Assembly: GCA_038736355.1 (NCBI GenBank) | Contig: JAVYML010000003.1 | Span: 285,314 to 349,313, forward strand | DNA: 64,000 nucleotides | Reading direction: 5' to 3' | Source: Candidatus Hadarchaeales archaeon | Lineage (GTDB): Archaea > Hadarchaeota > Hadarchaeia > Hadarchaeales > WYZ-LMO6 | Shown: piece by piece, positions 60,910-64,000 of the stretch | Numbering within the stretch: position 1 is the stretch's first letter | Layout: every line of letters begins with the position of its first letter | Made by a program: the position numbers and the translations under genes | Notes under the pieces: model-generated | Database searches by the model: none | The model's input: the letters and a program-made list of their open reading frames with translations, nothing else | Told to the model about the DNA's origin: nothing

Positions 60910-61346
60910 AGGGACAAACCTCGGTCGAATACCTGGTGCTCTTTTCCGCCATCTTGGTGCTGATAGCCACCTTCTCCTACTCTCTGCTCGGAACCTCCGA
61001 GAGGAAGGCCAAAGAGACCCTCTATCTTTCCCAGGCGGGATCCGCTTCCCAACTCATAGCCTCGGCCCTCGAGGGGGTGGTCTCGGAGGGAGAGGGGAGC
61101 GTGAGGACCATAACCGTGAAGTTCGACCAGCAATGGAACCTGAAGCTGAGGGAAAACGAGGTGAGGGTGGAGGTCCTGTGGGAAAAGGTGCTGGTGGCGG
61201 TGCGTCCTTGCAGGTACGGCTTCCAAGCCGAAGTATCCCGCCTCCAACCCGGGACCTATCCCGTGATCGTGGGATGGCCGGGAGATATGGAGAACCTCTG
61301 GCTGGAAAACGGAAGGATTTACCTGTACATAGAACCGAGGGAATGA
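60906..61346 (+). CDS. prepilin-like protein P2 (146 aa)
   Basis: MKG|QTSVEYLVLFSAILVLIATF with Glu at +5. ATGA overlap with P1. Confidence 0.7.
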   Translation: MKGQTSVEYLVLFSAILVLIATFSYSLLGTSERKAKETLYLSQAGSASQLIASALEGVVSEGEGSVRTITVKFDQQWNLKLRENEVRVEVLWEKVLVAVRPCRYGFQAEVSRLQPGTYPVIVGWPGDMENLWLENGRIYLYIEPRE

Positions 61347-61347
61347 G

Positions 61348-61749
61348 ATGAGGGGTTTTTTCTCCCTTGATGCCATTTTCGCCCTGACCCTCCTGATGAT
61401 CGTGTGTTCCTCCTTCCTCCACGTTTACCAGGCGAGGATGGAGGGTGCTAGGGAAGGAATAGAGGAACTGGAGATGAGGATGGCTGGGGAAGAGCTGGCG
61501 GGAGCCATCAACACCGTCTACTCCAACGGAGCTGGGTTGGAGCTCAAACTCATGCTTCAGGCGAGATCCTCCTTCACCCTGAGCTTCGATCCCTCCACGG
61601 GAAGGGTAGTGGTGAAGAAGGGTGGGAAGAGTCTGACGGTGGGAACGGTGTGTAACAACGTAGAGGCCTTTCTCCTCACACCCGAAAACTTGGAGAGACC
61701 CCTGAAAATCTACTGGAGGGAGAATCGGATAAGCGTGGTGAGTTCGTGA
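61348..61749 (+). CDS. prepilin-like protein P3 (133 aa)
   Basis: MRG|FFSLDAIFALTLLMIVCSSF with Asp at +5. Starts 1 nt after the P2 stop. Confidence 0.65.
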   Translation: MRGFFSLDAIFALTLLMIVCSSFLHVYQARMEGAREGIEELEMRMAGEELAGAINTVYSNGAGLELKLMLQARSSFTLSFDPSTGRVVVKKGGKSLTVGTVCNNVEAFLLTPENLERPLKIYWRENRISVVSS

Positions 61750-62144
61750 AGGGACAAGTAAGCCTGGAGGCACTGGTGCTTTTCGCCACCATCCTCTTGA
61801 TCCTCTCCTCCCTCCTCTATCTGGGGGAAGGAACGAATGAGACCCAGCTCATCCTGGCCTCCGCTAGGGATGGGACCGAAAACGCCCTCTCGAGGCTTCA
61901 ATGGGAATACGGGGGTACCGGTAGGATCAGGGAGGTGAAGATGGTGAGGGGAACGGTGAAGATCTCGGTGATGGTTTGGGGGATGAATTGTCCGGAGAAC
62001 TTGGTGAAGGAAGAAGTGAGGAGGGATGCCCTAGGTTTCATGTGGAAGGCCGTGGGGGGAGTTTTTCCCTCCCTCACCCAGCCCCTTCGAACCTCGAGGG
62101 GAACCTACGACGTGGAGGTCTCGGTAGAAGTGGTGGGGAGATGA
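61746..62144 (+). CDS. prepilin-like protein P4 (132 aa)
   Basis: (GTG)KG|QVSLEALVLFATILLILSSLL with Glu at +5. GTGA overlap with P3. Confidence 0.7.
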   Translation: MKGQVSLEALVLFATILLILSSLLYLGEGTNETQLILASARDGTENALSRLQWEYGGTGRIREVKMVRGTVKISVMVWGMNCPENLVKEEVRRDALGFMWKAVGGVFPSLTQPLRTSRGTYDVEVSVEVVGR

Positions 62145-63307
62145 AGGAAAGGGGACAAGTTCTGACGTTGGACATGTTCCTCGCCCTCTCCCTCACCGCC
62201 TTGCTCTTGGGCTATTCCGGATTGGTAATGGAACACGTACAAACAAGGGCTCGGGAAGAAATCTCCCGATACTCTCTGGAGAGGATGGCTAACGATGCCG
62301 TGGAAGCTCTGGTGAAGACGAAGGGCCTCCCCGAGAACTGGGAAGATCAACCCTCCTCCCTCCAGGTGCCCGGATTGGCCGATAAACCCAACCTCCTCAA
62401 CCTAAGGAAGCTGGTATACTTGAGGGAACTGTGCAGGTGGGAGAACTGGACCTCTTCGAGACCAGAAATAAAGGCGGTGGAAAGATTCTTCGGAGGTCAG
62501 AACTTCGAGGTAAGGGTCCTTTACAGGCAACTCCTCCTGAGGGCCAAAGTGGCAGGCTTGAACTCCACGCTCAATACTATCATCCAAGGGGTAAAGGTTT
62601 ATTCGAGACTGGAGAACTTGGGAGCCCAGCTCAGGGTTAGGGTAAGGTTGGAGAAAAACAACCTGGTGAAAGAACAGGTGGCGCAAGGGAAAACCTTCTC
62701 GATGGTGGTCTCCCTCTATCCCCTCACGGTGGAGGTGGTGTCGGACGGAAAGACGGTTGGGGTTTGGTGTGAAGGGGTGATCTGGGACTTTTGGCCGGGA
62801 TGGGACCTGGGAGGAAAACCCGGGGCAGAGAACTCGGTGGAAGTAACAGTGGCCAAGCGCTTCCTCGTCCTTCCTGCGGGAGAATTGAGAAACGCGGTGG
62901 AGAACCGCAGACATCATGCCAGGCCAGATCCCTACACTCTGCCCTTCCTCGTCCGACCCGGGGAGTTGGACTTTTTCGACTGGTATGTGGTGCTCTCACC
63001 TAGTTCCCCCAACAAGCCCGTCACAGACGTTTGGGTCAACCGCTCCAGCGGAAATCCTGATTACCACTTTCCGTGGGATACCCTCTTTGCCATCAGATCC
63101 CATGGACAGGACTATTCGAAGGTACCCCTCACCGAAACCGAAAACGGTGGAAATCCAAACAATTATCTGATCTTGAAGGTGACCGGGAACCCGGCCGAAT
63201 ACGTGGATGTGGCGATAGTGGCCGTTCCCCGTTGTTCTCCCCAAGAATTGTGTATACAGGCTGGAACCCTTCTTTCCGGTATCCTAGAGGTGAGGATTTG
63301 GAGATGA
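62141..63307 (+). CDS. prepilin-like protein P5 (388 aa)
   Basis: MKERG|QVLTLDMFLALSLTALLLGY. The ATG at 62141 forms an ATGA overlap with P4. The track start at 61976 adds a non-hydrophobic, out-of-context extension. Large globular C-terminal region of unknown family. Confidence 0.65.
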   Translation: MKERGQVLTLDMFLALSLTALLLGYSGLVMEHVQTRAREEISRYSLERMANDAVEALVKTKGLPENWEDQPSSLQVPGLADKPNLLNLRKLVYLRELCRWENWTSSRPEIKAVERFFGGQNFEVRVLYRQLLLRAKVAGLNSTLNTIIQGVKVYSRLENLGAQLRVRVRLEKNNLVKEQVAQGKTFSMVVSLYPLTVEVVSDGKTVGVWCEGVIWDFWPGWDLGGKPGAENSVEVTVAKRFLVLPAGELRNAVENRRHHARPDPYTLPFLVRPGELDFFDWYVVLSPSSPNKPVTDVWVNRSSGNPDYHFPWDTLFAIRSHGQDYSKVPLTETENGGNPNNYLILKVTGNPAEYVDVAIVAVPRCSPQELCIQAGTLLSGILEVRIWR

Positions 63308-64000
63308 AGGATGGTGGTTTCATCTTCAGCCTGGATGCGTGCCTGGCGACGGTGGTGATGATGATCGCCGTGGCGGGCTTGGCCCATTTGGAGGTTGAGG
63401 GACCGGGACATGGTTACTTGAAGTTGGAGAGGTATGCACAGGACACTCTGAGCGTGATGGATGGAAGGGGAATAACAAGATACGTGATCGACAGCCTGAA
63501 CAACCTCCAGTACGCCGAGGCTGCCAGAGCGGTGAGGGAGAACCTGCTCCTCCTCCTTCCCTCGACCGTGAACTTCAGATACGTGATAGGAACGGGGGAA
63601 AACCTCCTGTTGGAAGTCTACAAAGATAACGGGGAGAACTGGAGGGAAAGATGGGAAAATACGAGAGAAAGGGCCTTGGCCCTACACCTCACCTGCGAGT
63701 TCATACATACGGTGGAAAACCTGGACGTTCTGATATGGGCGGATGATCCCCAAGACCTTTGGTTCGCCTCCCAAGTGGTCAAACCTGGATGGACCTACAG
63801 GGTAGTCAGTAACGAAAACACCTTTGTGGCCTACTTGGAAAACAAAATAGAACCCAACTGGTATCCCGACGTGGTTTTCCTTCCCGACGTGAGTGTGTAT
63901 TGGAGTGATGAGACCCTCCGCAAACTGGTGGATTACAACATGTTCAAGCTCATCGTGGGGGGTAGGGAGGTAGGGGGAGGGGTGGTGGCGGGAGGGGATA
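63304..64000 (+). CDS. prepilin-like protein P6, 3' end outside the window (>232 aa)
   Basis: Hand translation gives MKDGG|FIFSLDACLATVVMMIAVAGLAHL..., open to nt 64000 with no stop. ATGA overlap with P5. It is absent from the ORF track because it has no stop in the window. Confidence 0.6.
   Translation, partial: MKDGGFIFSLDACLATVVMMIAVAGLAHLEVEGPGHGYLKLERYAQDTLSVMDGRGITRYVIDSLNNLQYAEAARAVRENLLLLLPSTVNFRYVIGTGENLLLEVYKDNGENWRERWENTRERALALHLTCEFIHTVENLDVLIWADDPQDLWFASQVVKPGWTYRVVSNENTFVAYLENKIEPNWYPDVVFLPDVSVYWSDETLRKLVDYNMFKLIVGGREVGGGVVAGGD

Noticed and set aside
61054-61773. 239-aa minus-strand ORF across the prepilin operon (Pro/Arg/Gly-rich).
   Set aside because: It is antisense to P2/P3, whose signal-peptide starts and 4-nt couplings give a coherent plus-strand operon. 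The translation is low-complexity.
1-64000. CRISPR arrays, transposases, integrases, prophage or toxin-antitoxin modules.
   Set aside because: No regularly spaced direct repeats were seen. Recurrent GGAGGAGG/GAGGAAG strings are coding low-complexity. No recombinase-like or transposase-like ORF was found, even beside the two tRNA genes.

Overview
Dense, almost fully coding archaeal chromosome segment: about 75 protein genes, 2 tRNAs, no rRNA, no CRISPR array, no integrase or transposase. All calls come from reading the supplied translations and the DNA by eye; no database search was run. Archaeal origin is supported by an Sm-like protein, archaeal-type CoA genes (PPAT, pantoate kinase), bulge-helix-bulge tRNA introns, H4MPT/methanofuran enzymes, two-subunit archaeal PheRS and class III signal peptides. 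Proteins are rich in E/K/R/L/G/V and poor in Q/N, as in thermophiles. A tRNA with three introns hints at a TACK/Thermoproteota-like lineage, but that is only an inference. Layout: (1) 1-6.5 kb truA, proBAC and CoA biosynthesis. (2) 6.5-9.7 kb small ORFs, Sm-like protein, a Ku plus ATP-dependent ligase NHEJ pair, tRNA-Ala. (3) 9.7-16.7 kb thiolase, a four-subunit group-3b-like NiFe hydrogenase (hydBGDA order), MaoC dehydratase and SDR dehydrogenase. (4) tRNA-Lys(CUU) with three introns. (5) 18-42 kb a large C1 supercluster: corrinoid protein, RACo-like activator, cdhABCDE, metVF plus a tandem ferredoxin-MvhD protein, cooC, mobA, mfnA, an ATP-grasp ligase, mch, fwdC, ftr, fwdABD, mtd and beta-RFAP synthase. 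No mer, mtr or mcr gene lies in the window. (6) 42-60 kb housekeeping and sulfur-trafficking genes: MFS transporter, FrhB-like protein, NnrE-DUF523 fusion, SufCB, MoaD-like carrier, TtuA/NcsA, ThiI, RNase HII, PncAB, PheST. (7) 59.8-64 kb a GC-rich structured non-coding stretch, then seven genes that all begin with prepilin-type signal peptides. The best candidates for something undescribed are the prepilin cluster, the MetVF/tandem Fd-MvhD module, and the MoaD/TtuA junction, where a slippery heptamer or CTG start is required. Many long ORFs in the six-frame track are antisense shadows of real genes and were rejected.
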